Notes: generated from the sequence alone by a model not told the origin. Positions 11,155 through 24,764 are shown, counted from the first letter of the stretch. The stretch is 64,000 nt of DNA from an uncultured candidatus Porisulfidus sp. (GCA_965204575.1 OZ241993.1:416001-480000), one strand, 5' to 3'. Made by a program: numbers and translations.

Positions 11155-11709
11155 ATGACTCTCCCCTCTGAAAACCAGGAACGACCGGAAGTCGACGAGA
11201 CTGTTGGAAAGGCGCGACATGTCTTCGAGAGTACGAAAGCATATCTTGAATCAACTGTAGCAGAAGCCCGCGTCATCGAGAATAAGACTCGTTATCTGCT
11301 GGTCCTCACGTTGTCGGTTTCGTTCGGGCTGGTAGGTTTCCTGACAGTGACTGTCGGGAGTAAGCCCCCTCCCACCTCTTTGCCGGGTTTGACATGGGTC
11401 GGAAGCATATTGCTATTAGTGCTAGCAGTCGTTTCGTTCGTTCTGATATGGAACCTCCTGCCGCAACATAAAGTCCATCATCCGGGAAGCGAACTTGACA
11501 GTTTTATAAAAAATGATGCTATCTCAAAACCCCTGTGGAAAATGGTCATTATGGAAGTCGTCGCTCACCAAGATCGCATCAATGCCAACACCAGATTGAA
11601 TGAACAGCGAGGTATACGGCTGAAATGGAGCACGTATACCGTGCTTTGGTCCCTAGCACTCGCGCTGGCAGGGTTCTTAATATTGTTGATAGTAGAGGTT
11701 TTCAAATAA
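11155..11709 (+). CDS. Hypothetical membrane protein (about 3 transmembrane segments)
   Basis: 184-aa ORF with three hydrophobic segments. Confidence 0.65.
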   Translation: MTLPSENQERPEVDETVGKARHVFESTKAYLESTVAEARVIENKTRYLLVLTLSVSFGLVGFLTVTVGSKPPPTSLPGLTWVGSILLLVLAVVSFVLIWNLLPQHKVHHPGSELDSFIKNDAISKPLWKMVIMEVVAHQDRINANTRLNEQRGIRLKWSTYTVLWSLALALAGFLILLIVEVFK

Positions 11710-11720
11710 AGAGAAACGCT

Positions 11721-11900
11721 TCAACCCCAGTGTGGCCGCGAGGGAGGCATTTTAGGGATTTTCGTCCCGTCAGGCATAACGAACTCGTCTTCTGAATCCA
11801 ACTCTGTTTCCGGTTCGTCCGGATCAGCTTTTAGCCCTTGAATTCCTTTTAAATAAGATTTCAACCACTTTCTCCACAAAATTTCTTTTATATCCAACAT
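11721..11900 (-). CDS. Small hypothetical protein (59 aa, missing from the ORF track), paralog of 13264-13446
   Basis: Hand translation MLDIKEILWRKWLKSYLKGIQGLKADPDEPETELDSEDEFVMPDGTKIPKMPPSRPHWG; GGAGG Shine-Dalgarno 5 nt upstream of the ATG. Confidence 0.7.
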   Translation of the reverse strand: MLDIKEILWRKWLKSYLKGIQGLKADPDEPETELDSEDEFVMPDGTKIPKMPPSRPHWG

Positions 11901-12142
11901 AGCGTCCTCCTAGCGCCACCTGCCATGTGGATGTGCAGTAGGATACCACGAAGTGGTTTTAGCCGCCGCATTCATTCTTGCGCCAATCGCGCCTCGATGG
12001 TTGACGACGACTTGGAGGATGCAGACTGGGACAACATGATGATAAACAACGACACGGTACGCGTGGCCTCAGAGAAGATTCAGGATCTTCTAATGGAGGA
12101 CATCGCATATAGCATCGGATAGCGGACGCTATCCAACGATAG

Positions 12143-12170
12143 AACGGGCGGCATCAGTGTCGCCCGTTTT
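12143..12170 (+). terminator. Intrinsic terminator-like hairpin
   Basis: AACGGGCGGCA-TCAG-TGTCGCCCGTT followed by further T residues. Confidence 0.55.
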
Positions 12171-12177
12171 GCGTTTG

Positions 12178-12663
12178 CTACTTGCAGAACTCGGCGTTTG
12201 CTTCCAAGTACTTATCAATAAATTCATCTACATATTGCGAGAGACCTTGCATGATGATATCTGATCTTCCGCCGTGGCCTCCTGTGCCACCATTCCACCA
12301 TGTAACAGCATCGCCGCTAGTTCCATCCGGCCGACGGAGCCACCTTGTAAATTGCAACGATACGTTAGCTGCTAAGCCCGATACGTGTATATTTATGTAG
12401 AGATATGGTACGAGAGTTTTATCATAAATTCGAGCGGCGCGTAATCTGCTACGCGCCAGCATCTCGATGGCTTCTCTTTTCAACCCAATAGCGGTTGCAT
12501 CTTTGTTTAAAAGCTCTACCGCAAAGTCAATCGGTTTACACTCATTCCCAAGTTGCCACTCCAAGCGCGACGTCCGATTCTCATCTTCATCGGAGACAGC
12601 CGCCGTTGGCGTGGCTGAAATTGCGAGAGCGACCGAGACCAGACAGAGAGAAAGTTTGCGCAC
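12178..12663 (-). CDS. Hypothetical exported protein
   Basis: Signal-peptide-like N-terminus (MRKLSLCLVSVALAISATPTAA); 161 aa. Confidence 0.7.
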   Translation of the reverse strand: MRKLSLCLVSVALAISATPTAAVSDEDENRTSRLEWQLGNECKPIDFAVELLNKDATAIGLKREAIEMLARSRLRAARIYDKTLVPYLYINIHVSGLAANVSLQFTRWLRRPDGTSGDAVTWWNGGTGGHGGRSDIIMQGLSQYVDEFIDKYLEANAEFCK

Positions 12664-12690
12664 GATACCGCCAGTTTAGCACCAGCGCAA

Positions 12691-13164
12691 TCAATCATCC
12701 GCGCCATCCGTCAGGCCGCAGATTCTCGCCGCCGCGTCTTTGTCGATTCCCTTTTCGCCGTTCGTCATGGACTGATACGCGCGTGCGCGGCCTTGCAGAT
12801 CGGATGCGAACAGATTATGGAAATCGAGTCGAATATCCGAATCGAGCTTGGCCGTGAACTCGGCGGATACCGTCTTGCTCAGCGGCTCGACCGACCCATG
12901 TAGAAACTGCCGCCATGCCTCTCTCTGCATGGATGCCTGGCCTGAGGTCGAGATCAACCCGGGCGGAACGCCAGCCGCCACACATACCGTCTTTTCCACG
13001 CCTTCGCGGAGCTGGATCAATGCGTCTGGCAGATCGGCACCGATGCGCCGCGGCTTCCAATCTCCCTGAGGCTGGCCGCCTCTGTCTCCCCATCCGCCGG
13101 CCGTCGTCTCGACCAGTGCCGTGTTCCCTTTCAGCGCGGCGATCGTGTCGCGGAGATTCGTCAA
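12691..13164 (-). pseudogene. Phage portal protein, C-terminal fragment (HK97-like)
   Basis: VAAGVPPGLI, EAWRQFLHGSVEPL and DLQGRARAYQSM resemble the C-terminal half of portal proteins; only 157 codons, TTG start, N-terminal half absent. Confidence 0.65.
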
Positions 13165-13263
13165 TCTATCATCGTCCGAACCGTCGCCCGGATCTTCCGG
13201 AAATAGTAGGTGGCGGGTTCCTGTATCTGTGGAGGCCTCACATGCGGGGCTGAGTAAAGCACA

Positions 13264-13446
13264 TCAACCACAATGAGGTGGAGAGGGTGGCATGGGAGGA
13301 ACGACCCTGCCGTCAGGCAGAACAACCTTGTCCGGAGAGTAGCCATCGGTTTCCGGTCTGTTTGAGCCCGGCTGGTCGGGCTTCCGGCCTCCGCCGGTTA
13401 GAGGTTTTCCGCTAATCCGGTGCCAAAGATTTTTTAAACTTTCCAT
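13264..13446 (-). CDS. Small hypothetical protein (60 aa), paralog of 11721-11900
   Basis: MESLKNLWHRISG...VVLPDGRVVPPMPPSPPHCG; G-rich RBS before ATG 13446; shared C-terminal motif with the other copy. Confidence 0.65.
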   Translation of the reverse strand: MESLKNLWHRISGKPLTGGGRKPDQPGSNRPETDGYSPDKVVLPDGRVVPPMPPSPPHCG

Positions 13447-13571
13447 TTTCCCCCCGCAACATGCGAAGCCAACTCTAATAGCGGTAGTAGCATACTGCGG
13501 GCGGCTCACCTTTACCAAAACATTGTCTCCCGGTCTTCCCTAGCCTCCGAGCTAACGCGATTTTTTGTTTG

Positions 13572-13599
13572 GGAACTACACACTGACGATCCCGTCTAG
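13572..13599 (+). promoter_or_regulatory. Candidate sigmaE/AlgU-type promoter; near-identical to 50686-50715 (minus strand)
   Basis: GGAACTA, 16-bp spacer, TCTAG. Confidence 0.45.
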
Positions 13600-13631
13600 A
13601 TTTGAATGGAAACCCTGAAGCCCCAGCCATT

Positions 13632-14600
13632 TCACTCGCTAGTGGGTGGTTGATTTTCCACGGCATCCTGCGGCACCACCCAAACGGCCTCGTAGCCCAA
13701 GCGCTTCAAATCCTCTACGGTATCTTCGATGCTTCGAGTAGGTGTAACCCGCATCTTCAGGCGGTACCACAGCATGCCATCGTGGCGAAACTCCTCCAGG
13801 AACACGTCGTGGCCAAGCTCCCGAAGCCGCGCAAGCTCCTTCTCAGCCTTTCCCTTGTCCTGGGCGGACAGGATTTGGAGTACGGGCCCGGGGGAGGCCG
13901 GGCTGGAAGCCGTCTCCTGCTTCTCGGCCGGCGCGATACGATCCTGAGGATTTGCCGGATCTCCGGAAGACTCCGGAGCCTTGCCGTCCTGGATCTCCTG
14001 CCTCGTAGACAGTTCGGTCGCAGGGGCCTGCTGCTCGGCAACCTCCGCCGGCACAGGCGTCACCGGCTCGGCCCCTTCGCTTTCCCACGCCTGGGGAAGT
14101 TCAAGCATCCGCACCGTTTTCTTTTTATCCTCGAATGGCGGAGGCTCGGGCGGAGTCGTCGATTCCAGGTCCGGCTCGAAATCCAGTTCCGTAGACCACC
14201 GCAGACCCTCCTCGCCCTCGGAGTCCGGTGTGCCCTCCCCCGGAGTTCCCGGGCCCGCAGCCGTGACGCGTACGATCTTTCTCTCCTGATCAAGAACCGT
14301 CGAGAATGTGTCTTCGTACGGCGCAAAGATTTTCGACAGGGCCGCCTCCAGCGACGGGTTGGCCATATCGAAGGTGTGAATAATGATGCGGTCCTCTTCG
14401 GAGGCCCATTCAAGGGACCATCCATGGGAATGGACCAGCGCCCGTACGTTCTCGGAAAGATGCCCGATCTCGACTTTGAATGTCGCGTCGCCTTCATTCG
14501 CCATCGCACTCGTGGCGACAAGCAGATTCCCGGCCAGCGCGAGGCCCGGCAGAAGGCCAACCGCCTGTTGCCACATTCTCCGGGATTTCGGGGTTTTCAT
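13632..14600 (-). CDS. Exported SPOR-domain protein with N-terminal TcpQ-like domain
   Basis: Signal peptide; GHLSENVRALVHSHGWSLEW segment; acidic Pro-rich linker; C-terminal LQILSA...WYRLKM...LKRLGYEAVWV (SPOR). Confidence 0.7.
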   Translation of the reverse strand: MKTPKSRRMWQQAVGLLPGLALAGNLLVATSAMANEGDATFKVEIGHLSENVRALVHSHGWSLEWASEEDRIIIHTFDMANPSLEAALSKIFAPYEDTFSTVLDQERKIVRVTAAGPGTPGEGTPDSEGEEGLRWSTELDFEPDLESTTPPEPPPFEDKKKTVRMLELPQAWESEGAEPVTPVPAEVAEQQAPATELSTRQEIQDGKAPESSGDPANPQDRIAPAEKQETASSPASPGPVLQILSAQDKGKAEKELARLRELGHDVFLEEFRHDGMLWYRLKMRVTPTRSIEDTVEDLKRLGYEAVWVVPQDAVENQPPTSE

Positions 14601-14802
14601 TGGGCTACGGGCATTGTACAGGCTAAGTCCCGGGACTTCGGAAAAATCATTCCGGCGAGATCACGAGATTCGGCGGCTTCAGGCTCGAAGAACGTGCCTG
14701 AAACCCCTCTCCCGCCGTGTCCGATTCCGGGCGCAACGGCGCATGGCTATGCTAAAATTTAAAAGTCCGACATCTAGGTGTCGCAGACAAGGGTGCTGAT
14801 CT

Positions 14803-15162
14803 GTGATGGCGGCATTGCCGGTCGGCCGGATCCTTGCCGCGCAGCTGCTGATAACCCTGCTCTGTATGGCAGGGGTTTTTTATGACTGGAACCTCGGTCT
14901 TTCGGCAGCAGCAGGAGGAGCGCTGTGTCTGTTTCCCAATGCGTTGGCGGCCTGGAGCCTGTTTCGGAAGGACCGGGCGCGGGGGATTCGGGAAGAACAA
15001 CGACGGATGCATCGCGCCTGGGCGGTCCGCTGGCTCGGCACGTTGCTCGGCCTGGGATTGATCTTCGGGTTCTACCGCGAGGTTCAGCCCTTGACCCTGT
15101 TCGCGGCCTATGCGGCGGCCCAGGCGGCGCACCTGATCGGACATTTGTCATTTAAAAACTGA
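14803..15162 (+). CDS. atpI: ATP synthase protein I
   Basis: Four-TM small protein with GGALCLFPN, first gene of the atp operon. Confidence 0.8.
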   Translation: MMAALPVGRILAAQLLITLLCMAGVFYDWNLGLSAAAGGALCLFPNALAAWSLFRKDRARGIREEQRRMHRAWAVRWLGTLLGLGLIFGFYREVQPLTLFAAYAAAQAAHLIGHLSFKN

Positions 15163-16041
<879 letters not shown>

Positions 16042-16046
16042 CCTGA

Positions 16047-16319
<273 letters not shown>

Positions 16320-16338
16320 TCCGCGGGGAGACCTCCCG

Positions 16339-16809
16339 ATGAACATCAACCTTACGCTGATCGGACAGGCGATTTCATTCACGATCTTCGTCTGGTTCTG
16401 CATGCGGTTCATCTGGCCGCCCGTGATCAACGCGCTGGAGGCCCGCAAGAAACGCATCGCCGACGGCCTGGCGGACGCGGATGCGGCCAAGACCGAGCGC
16501 GAGCGGGCCGAACAGGAAGCCCAGCAGACCACCGGGCAGGCCCGGGAAGAAGCGTCCCGAATCCTCGCCCAGGCGGAACGCCGGGCCGGCGAGATCGTGG
16601 CGGAAGCCCGGACCACGGCCAAGACCGAGGGCGAGCGCATTCTCACCCAGGCCCAGGAGGAAATCGACAAGAACACCCAGCAGGTGCGCGAGCAGTTGCG
16701 CGGTGAGGTCGCGACCCTGGCCGTCGCCGGCGCCGAGGCGGTGCTGCGGCGCGAGGTCGATGCCAAAGCCCACGCCGAGGCCCTGGACCAGTTGGCGGAG
16801 CGCCTGTGA
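16339..16809 (+). CDS. atpF: ATP synthase F0 subunit b
   Basis: [14 protein letters not shown]...WPP; start re-called at ATG 16339. Confidence 0.97.
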   Translation: MNINLTLIGQAISFTIFVWFCMRFIWPPVINALEARKKRIADGLADADAAKTERERAEQEAQQTTGQAREEASRILAQAERRAGEIVAEARTTAKTEGERILTQAQEEIDKNTQQVREQLRGEVATLAVAGAEAVLRREVDAKAHAEALDQLAERL

Positions 16810-17336
16810 GCAACGTCACTGCCGCACGCCCCTATGCCCGCGCCGCGTTCGGCTACGCGCGCGAATGCAATGCATTGGACGCATTTTCGGGCATGCTGGA
16901 AACGGCTGCCGCGCTGGTTGAAAGCCCGCGTCTGCGCACCCTGCTGGCGGATCCGCGCCTGAGCCGCGCACGCCGCGCCGAAATGCTGGAGACGATCGGC
17001 GGCGACCGCTTCGACGAACCGATGCGGCAACTCCTCCGGGTGCTCGGAGAGCGCGACCGGCTCCCGATCCTGCCCGAAGTCCGTGAGCAGTTCGAGGAAT
17101 TGCGGGCCGAACATGAACAACGCCTGACCGCCGAGGTGGTCAGCGCCCGGGAGCTCGACCCGACCCAGCAGGAACGCATCCGTGCGGCCCTGGCTGAGCG
17201 GACCGGGCAAACCGTGGAACTGGTTTCGAAAATTGATGAACAACTGCTGGGCGGTGCGGTGGTCCGCGCCGGCGACCGGGTGCTGGACGCCTCGCTCCAG
17301 AGGCGCCTGCAGCAACTCGCGCAAAGCCTGGCCTGA
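16806..17336 (+). CDS. atpH: ATP synthase F1 subunit delta
   Basis: ARPYARAAF and [17 protein letters not shown]. Confidence 0.97.
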   Translation: MSNVTAARPYARAAFGYARECNALDAFSGMLETAAALVESPRLRTLLADPRLSRARRAEMLETIGGDRFDEPMRQLLRVLGERDRLPILPEVREQFEELRAEHEQRLTAEVVSARELDPTQQERIRAALAERTGQTVELVSKIDEQLLGGAVVRAGDRVLDASLQRRLQQLAQSLA

Positions 17337-17359
17337 CCCCCTGACTGGAGTAGAACCGA

Positions 17360-18904
<1,545 letters not shown>

Positions 18905-18911
18905 CACGCAA

Positions 18912-19778
18912 ATGGCGGGCGAGAAGGAAATTCGCAGCAAGATCGCGAGTATTCGCAATACTCAGAAGATCACCAAGGCGATGGAGATGGTCGCGGCCAG
19001 CAAGATGCGCAAGGCCCAGGACCGCATGGCCGCCACCCGCCCGTATGCGATGAAGATCCGCGAAGTGATCGGCCATCTGGCTCATGCCAGCGCCGAATAC
19101 CGCCATCCGTTCCTCGAGGGCCGCGAAGAAGTGCGCGGTGTGGGCTTTATCGTGGTCTCCACCGATCGCGGCCTGTGCGGCGGGCTCAACATCAACCTGT
19201 TCAAGACCGTCCTGCGGGAAATGCACGAATGGCGGCAGAAGCAGGTGCCGGTGCGGCTTTGCCTGTTCGGCGCCAAGGGGACCGCGTTCTTCAAGCGCAT
19301 CGGCGGCATCGAGATCGTTGCGCAGACTTCGCACCTGGGCGACGCGCCGAGGCTCGAAGAGGTCATCGGGCAGGTCAAGATCATGCTGGACGACTACATC
19401 GAGGGGCGCATCGACCGGGTCTACCTGGCCGAGAACGAGTTCGTCAACACCATGACGCAGAAGCCGAACATCTCGACACTGCTTCCGACCCCCCCGGCAG
19501 AACTGGAAACACTTGAACACCATTGGGATTACATCTACGAGCCCGGCGCACCCGAAGTGCTGGACGGGCTGCTGATGCGCTACATCGAGTCGCTGGTGTA
19601 CCGCGGCGTGATGGAGAACATCGCCTGCGAGATGGCCGCGCGCATGGTCGCGATGAAGAGCGCCTCGGACAATGCCGGAAACCTGATCGACGAGTTGCAA
19701 CTGATCTACAACAAGGCGCGACAGGCGGCGATCACCCAGGAAATCTCGGAAATCGTCGGCGGAGCCGCTGCCATATAG
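18912..19778 (+). CDS. atpG: ATP synthase F1 subunit gamma
   Basis: [19 protein letters not shown] and [12 protein letters not shown]. Confidence 0.99.
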   Translation: MAGEKEIRSKIASIRNTQKITKAMEMVAASKMRKAQDRMAATRPYAMKIREVIGHLAHASAEYRHPFLEGREEVRGVGFIVVSTDRGLCGGLNINLFKTVLREMHEWRQKQVPVRLCLFGAKGTAFFKRIGGIEIVAQTSHLGDAPRLEEVIGQVKIMLDDYIEGRIDRVYLAENEFVNTMTQKPNISTLLPTPPAELETLEHHWDYIYEPGAPEVLDGLLMRYIESLVYRGVMENIACEMAARMVAMKSASDNAGNLIDELQLIYNKARQAAITQEISEIVGGAAAI

Positions 19779-19825
19779 CCGAAGGGAATTATGCAGCAAA
19801 ATCTGCAAGCATATAATCTTGCCCA

Positions 19826-21057
19826 ATGAAAGTCCCCCGCACCGTCCGCTACCGCCTGCATCCGGGTTCTGCACGAAAAAACCAGCAGTTGCACGGCACC
19901 GCCGGGGCCTGCCGCTTCGTCTGGAACCACATGGTCGGGAAGCTCAGGGACGAGTACGAATTCGGAATCAAGCCGGACTTTCGGCACTATTCCCTGTGTC
20001 ATGTCTTCACCGTCATGCGGAGGGAGGACGGCACGACGAAGTGGCTGCAGGACTATTCGTCCAAGGTGGTCCGGATCTCCCTGAAGCCCATCGAGACGGC
20101 CTACAAGGAATTCTTCAAGGATCGGGAGACCGGCGGGAAACTGAACCGGAAACTGCCGCAGTTTCACGGCAAGTACAGTACGATTCCAAGTTTTCCGATT
20201 GATTATCAATCCGCACGAGTAGCAGGAGAGAGCCTGTACGTTCAGAAGGTCGGCTGGATGAAACTGGTCGGCAGCAACCCGTACCCGGACGGCGAGTTCA
20301 AGTCCGGGCGGATCAGATACGAATGCGGCAAGTGGTACGCCTACCTGACCTATGAAGTCCAGGCGGAAGCGAGTCTTCCGCACAGCATTCGGGAAGTCGG
20401 AATCGACCGCAATGTAAACGAGAATGGTTGGGCGGTTCTTTCGGACGGCACGAAGTACCCGGGCCCGGACTTGGGGAGGAAGGTGGCAAAACGTAGGCGC
20501 TACCAGCGCAAGATGGCACGGCAGGTGAAGGGAAGCAACCGTAGGGCGATCACCAAGGTGAAGTTGCAGAAGGCGTACCAGGCGGAACGCTTCGCCCGCC
20601 TCAACTGGGCGCACCACGTCAGCAAGAGCATTGCCTCCGAGTACGATGTCGCTTACGTAGAAAAACTGAACATCCGGGGCATGACGAAGTCGGCCAAGGG
20701 CACGGTGGAGAAACCCGGCAAGAACGTGAAACAGAAGTCAGGACTCAACCGGAAGATCCTGGCCAGCGCATGGGGCACGCTGGAGCTGTGTCTGAACTAC
20801 AAGATGGAAATGCGCCATGTGCATCCGGCGTACACTAGCCAGACGTGCCATTCATGCGGGCACGTCGATGAGAAAACAGAAATGGAACAGACTTCAAGTG
20901 CACCGCTTGCGGGCACGCGGACGATGCGGACGTGAATGCCGCATTGAACATACTGGCCTTTGGGAGTGGGGCAACTGGACGTGGAGGTGGCGACACTAGT
21001 CGGCCTGAGAAACGTCAAGAAATGGGCAGTGAATCCCTTGCGGATTTTGCTACATAA
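19826..21057 (+). pseudogene. tnpB: TnpB RNA-guided endonuclease, frameshifted near the 3' end
   Basis: N-terminal YRLHP...AGACRFVWN, RuvC-I GIDRN, RuvC-II VEKL and TSQTCHSC. One A is missing versus copy 2 (GAGAAAAC vs GAGAAAAAC, ~20873-20876), moving CTAC and DADVNAA out of frame; the corrected frame ends at TAA 21055-21057. Confidence 0.9.
20978..21055 (+). ncRNA. Putative omegaRNA 3' region of TnpB copy 1 (5' extent not determined)
   Basis: Nested stem GACGT...AGG...CGAC-ACTA-GTCG...CCT...ACGTC ending in TCAA (21015-21018), conserved in copy 2; followed by a second hairpin. Confidence 0.55.
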
Positions 21058-21083
21058 TTCCCTAACCGAAATCGATCAATTAA

Positions 21084-22478
<1,395 letters not shown>

Positions 22479-22485
22479 GCCGGAC

Positions 22486-22911
22486 ATGAGCACCCTGCAA
22501 GTCGAGATCGTCAGCGCCGAGCACGAAATCTATTCGGGCGAGGCCCATTGGGTGGTGGCGCCCGCCGCCATGGGCGAGGTCGGCATCTATCCCCAGCACA
22601 CGCCGCTCATCACCCACCTCAAGCCCGGCGAAGTGCGGGTCAGCGCGGTGGAGGAAAACGAGGAGCTCCTGTTCTTCGTCTCCGGCGGCATGCTGGAGGT
22701 GCAGCCGCACCAGGTCACCGTGCTGTCCGATACCGCCATGCGGGGAGCGGATTTGGACGAGGCGAAGGCCGAGGAGGCCAAGAAACGGGCCGAGCAGGCA
22801 CTGTCCGACCGCAAGGCTGATTTCGACGAGGCCCGGGCCTTGGCGGAGTTGGCCGAAGCCGCGGCACAGCTGCGGATGATCCAGAAACTGCGCAAGACCG
22901 GTCGCGGCTGA
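22486..22911 (+). CDS. atpC: ATP synthase F1 subunit epsilon
   Basis: [12 protein letters not shown] and [10 protein letters not shown]. Confidence 0.98.
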   Translation: MSTLQVEIVSAEHEIYSGEAHWVVAPAAMGEVGIYPQHTPLITHLKPGEVRVSAVEENEELLFFVSGGMLEVQPHQVTVLSDTAMRGADLDEAKAEEAKKRAEQALSDRKADFDEARALAELAEAAAQLRMIQKLRKTGRG

Positions 22912-22915
22912 TCCC

Positions 22916-22936
22916 CGGGGGCGTAAAATGCCCCCG
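22916..22936 (+). terminator. GC-rich hairpin after atpC
   Basis: CGGGGGC-GTAAAAT-GCCCCCG; only a weak U tail. Confidence 0.4.
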
Positions 22937-22959
22937 TTACTGCAAATATCGGTTATCTC

Positions 22960-24327
22960 ATGGGAACCGAAGCTGTCATTCTTGCCGGAGGCGTCGGCAA
23001 ACGCCTAGCGCAAGCCGTACCGAAACCCCTGCTCGACCTGTGCGGAAAGCCCCTGCTCGGGCACGTCATGGAAACGGCCGCGGCCGTGGCGGACAAGATC
23101 CATGTCGTGTACGGCCCTCCGTTGGCGGAGCCGCTCGCCGGGCTGGAAGAGACGTCTTCGATTCCGTTCGCGTCTCACCTGCAGCCTGAGCCCCGCGGCA
23201 CGGCCGACGCGCTCGGCTGCGCTCTCCCGGCGATAGAAGATTCCGCCACCGTGATCGTGCTGTGCGCGGATGTCCCGCTGCTGCAACCCGGCACCCTCGC
23301 TCAACTGCTGTCCGCCCGCCCCGAGACCGGCCTCGCGCTTCTGACCATGCGCCAGAACGGCAGCCAGCTTGGGCGGATCGTGCGCGGCGACGACGGGCAG
23401 GTCCTCGCCATCCGGGAGCACGCCGACGCCACGGAAGAGGAACGCGGCATCGACGAGTGCAACACCGGCGTGATGGCGGCAAGCGCGGGGCAGTTCCGTG
23501 AATGGTGCGCCCGCGTCACCGACCGCAACGCCCAGGGAGAGTTCTACCTGACCGACTGCATCGCCGAAGCGGTGCAAGACGGAATCCCCATCGAAACCCG
23601 GGAATGCAACCCGATTGAGGGCCTCGGCGTCAACACGATGCGGGAATTCGCCGTGGTGGCGGAACATTGGCAGCAGCAGGCGCGCGAGCGGCTGATGGCG
23701 CAAGGCGCCCTGATGGAAGCACCCGATACGGTTTGGCTGTCGGCGGGAGTGATGCTGGAAGAAGATGCGACGGTTCGCATCGGGCCGCATGTCGTATTTC
23801 GGGAGTCGGCCCGACTGGCTGATGGAGCCAATATCGGACCGTACACGCTGCTGAGAAACTGCAGAATCGGCGCCGGCACCGAGATCGAGCCTTTCACCGT
23901 CATAGAGGAAGCCCAGGTCGGAGCCCGTTGCCGCATCGGGCCCTATGCGCGAATCCGCCCGGAAACCGAACTGGCCGAAGGCGTGCAAATCGGGAATTTC
24001 GTCGAAGTCAAGAAGTCCAGGATCGGAGAACGCACCAAGATCAACCACTTGTCGTACGTCGGCGACAGCGAGGTCGGCCGCGGCGTCAACCTCGGGGCGG
24101 GCACCATCACCTGCAACTACGACGGAGCGCAAAAACATGCAACCGTAATCGGGGACGACGTCTTCGTGGGGTCTGGTACCCAGCTGATTGCCCCGGTCAC
24201 CATTGGTGCGGGTGCGACCATCGGTGCCGGCTCGACCATCACCCGGGATACCCCTCCCGGAGAACTGACCCTGTCACGCAGCGAACAGAAAACGCTTCAG
24301 GGCTGGAAGCGGCCACGGAAAGGCTAA
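22960..24327 (+). CDS. glmU: Bifunctional UDP-GlcNAc pyrophosphorylase/glucosamine-1-phosphate acetyltransferase
   Basis: NAQGEFYLTD, GNFVEVKK, HLSYVGD and GAGTITCNYDG; hexapeptide repeats. Confidence 0.97.
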   Translation: MGTEAVILAGGVGKRLAQAVPKPLLDLCGKPLLGHVMETAAAVADKIHVVYGPPLAEPLAGLEETSSIPFASHLQPEPRGTADALGCALPAIEDSATVIVLCADVPLLQPGTLAQLLSARPETGLALLTMRQNGSQLGRIVRGDDGQVLAIREHADATEEERGIDECNTGVMAASAGQFREWCARVTDRNAQGEFYLTDCIAEAVQDGIPIETRECNPIEGLGVNTMREFAVVAEHWQQQARERLMAQGALMEAPDTVWLSAGVMLEEDATVRIGPHVVFRESARLADGANIGPYTLLRNCRIGAGTEIEPFTVIEEAQVGARCRIGPYARIRPETELAEGVQIGNFVEVKKSRIGERTKINHLSYVGDSEVGRGVNLGAGTITCNYDGAQKHATVIGDDVFVGSGTQLIAPVTIGAGATIGAGSTITRDTPPGELTLSRSEQKTLQGWKRPRKG

Positions 24328-24375
24328 AACGATCAAGTTGCAAACAAGCTCATTGATTCCGGGGCAATGAAATTA

Positions 24376-24408
24376 TTGACATATGTTGTCAATTATGACA
24401 ACATATGT
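24376..24408 (+). promoter_or_regulatory. Toxin-antitoxin promoter with palindromic operator
   Basis: Perfect 13-bp inverted repeat ACATATGTTGTCA (24379-24391) / TGACAACATATGT (24396-24408) overlapping TTGACA at 24376. Confidence 0.7.
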
Positions 24409-24764
24409 ACATGGAACGTGATACGAGACCGATTGGATGGGTTCGAGCGGCACGAAAAGTGTATGAAAGGTTCCCCATAGCGGTTCGAGATCGCGTCAAT
24501 ATTGCCTTAACTATTGCTGCCGAAGGCTCAAAAGCGGATATCGCCAAACCCCTTAAAGGTCTTGGGTCGGGCATTATGGAGATAGCGGCACGCTACCGAA
24601 CAGATGCATATCGTGTTGTCTATACCACTAAGATTGCTGGAATGCTGTGGGTAATCCACGCATTTCAAAAAAAATCTAAAATAGGAGTACGAGCCCCGAA
24701 GGCGGAAATCGACCTTGTCCGAGAGCGGCTGAAGCAATTGAAAAGGGAGTTTCCCCAGCAATAA
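24405..24764 (+). CDS. Type II toxin, RelE/ParE superfamily (HigB/Gp49-like)
   Basis: AKPLKGLGSGIMEI, AYRVVY and VIHAFQKKS; start may be ATG 24411. Confidence 0.88.
   Translation: MYMERDTRPIGWVRAARKVYERFPIAVRDRVNIALTIAAEGSKADIAKPLKGLGSGIMEIAARYRTDAYRVVYTTKIAGMLWVIHAFQKKSKIGVRAPKAEIDLVRERLKQLKREFPQQ

Larger units (their letters stand above)
11100..13570. mobile_element. Degraded prophage/phage-like island (boundaries approximate)
   Basis: Lower-GC block with a truncated portal-like gene, short hypothetical ORFs and two paralogous small ORFs; no integrase seen. Confidence 0.6.
19784..21062 (+). mobile_element. TnpB-only cassette 1 with 26-bp TIRs and 8-bp TSD, inserted between atpG and atpD
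   Basis: Left GGGAATTATGCAGCAAAATCTGCAAG (19784-19809) and right CTTGCGGATTTTGCTACATAATTCCC (21037-21062) are complementary at 24/26; flanked by TAGCCGAA (19776-19783) and TAACCGAA (21063-21070). Confidence 0.9.

Noticed and set aside
11925-12122. 65-aa ORF followed by a terminator in the phage relic
   Set aside because: No clear RBS or recognisable motif; may be a gene fragment but cannot be supported.
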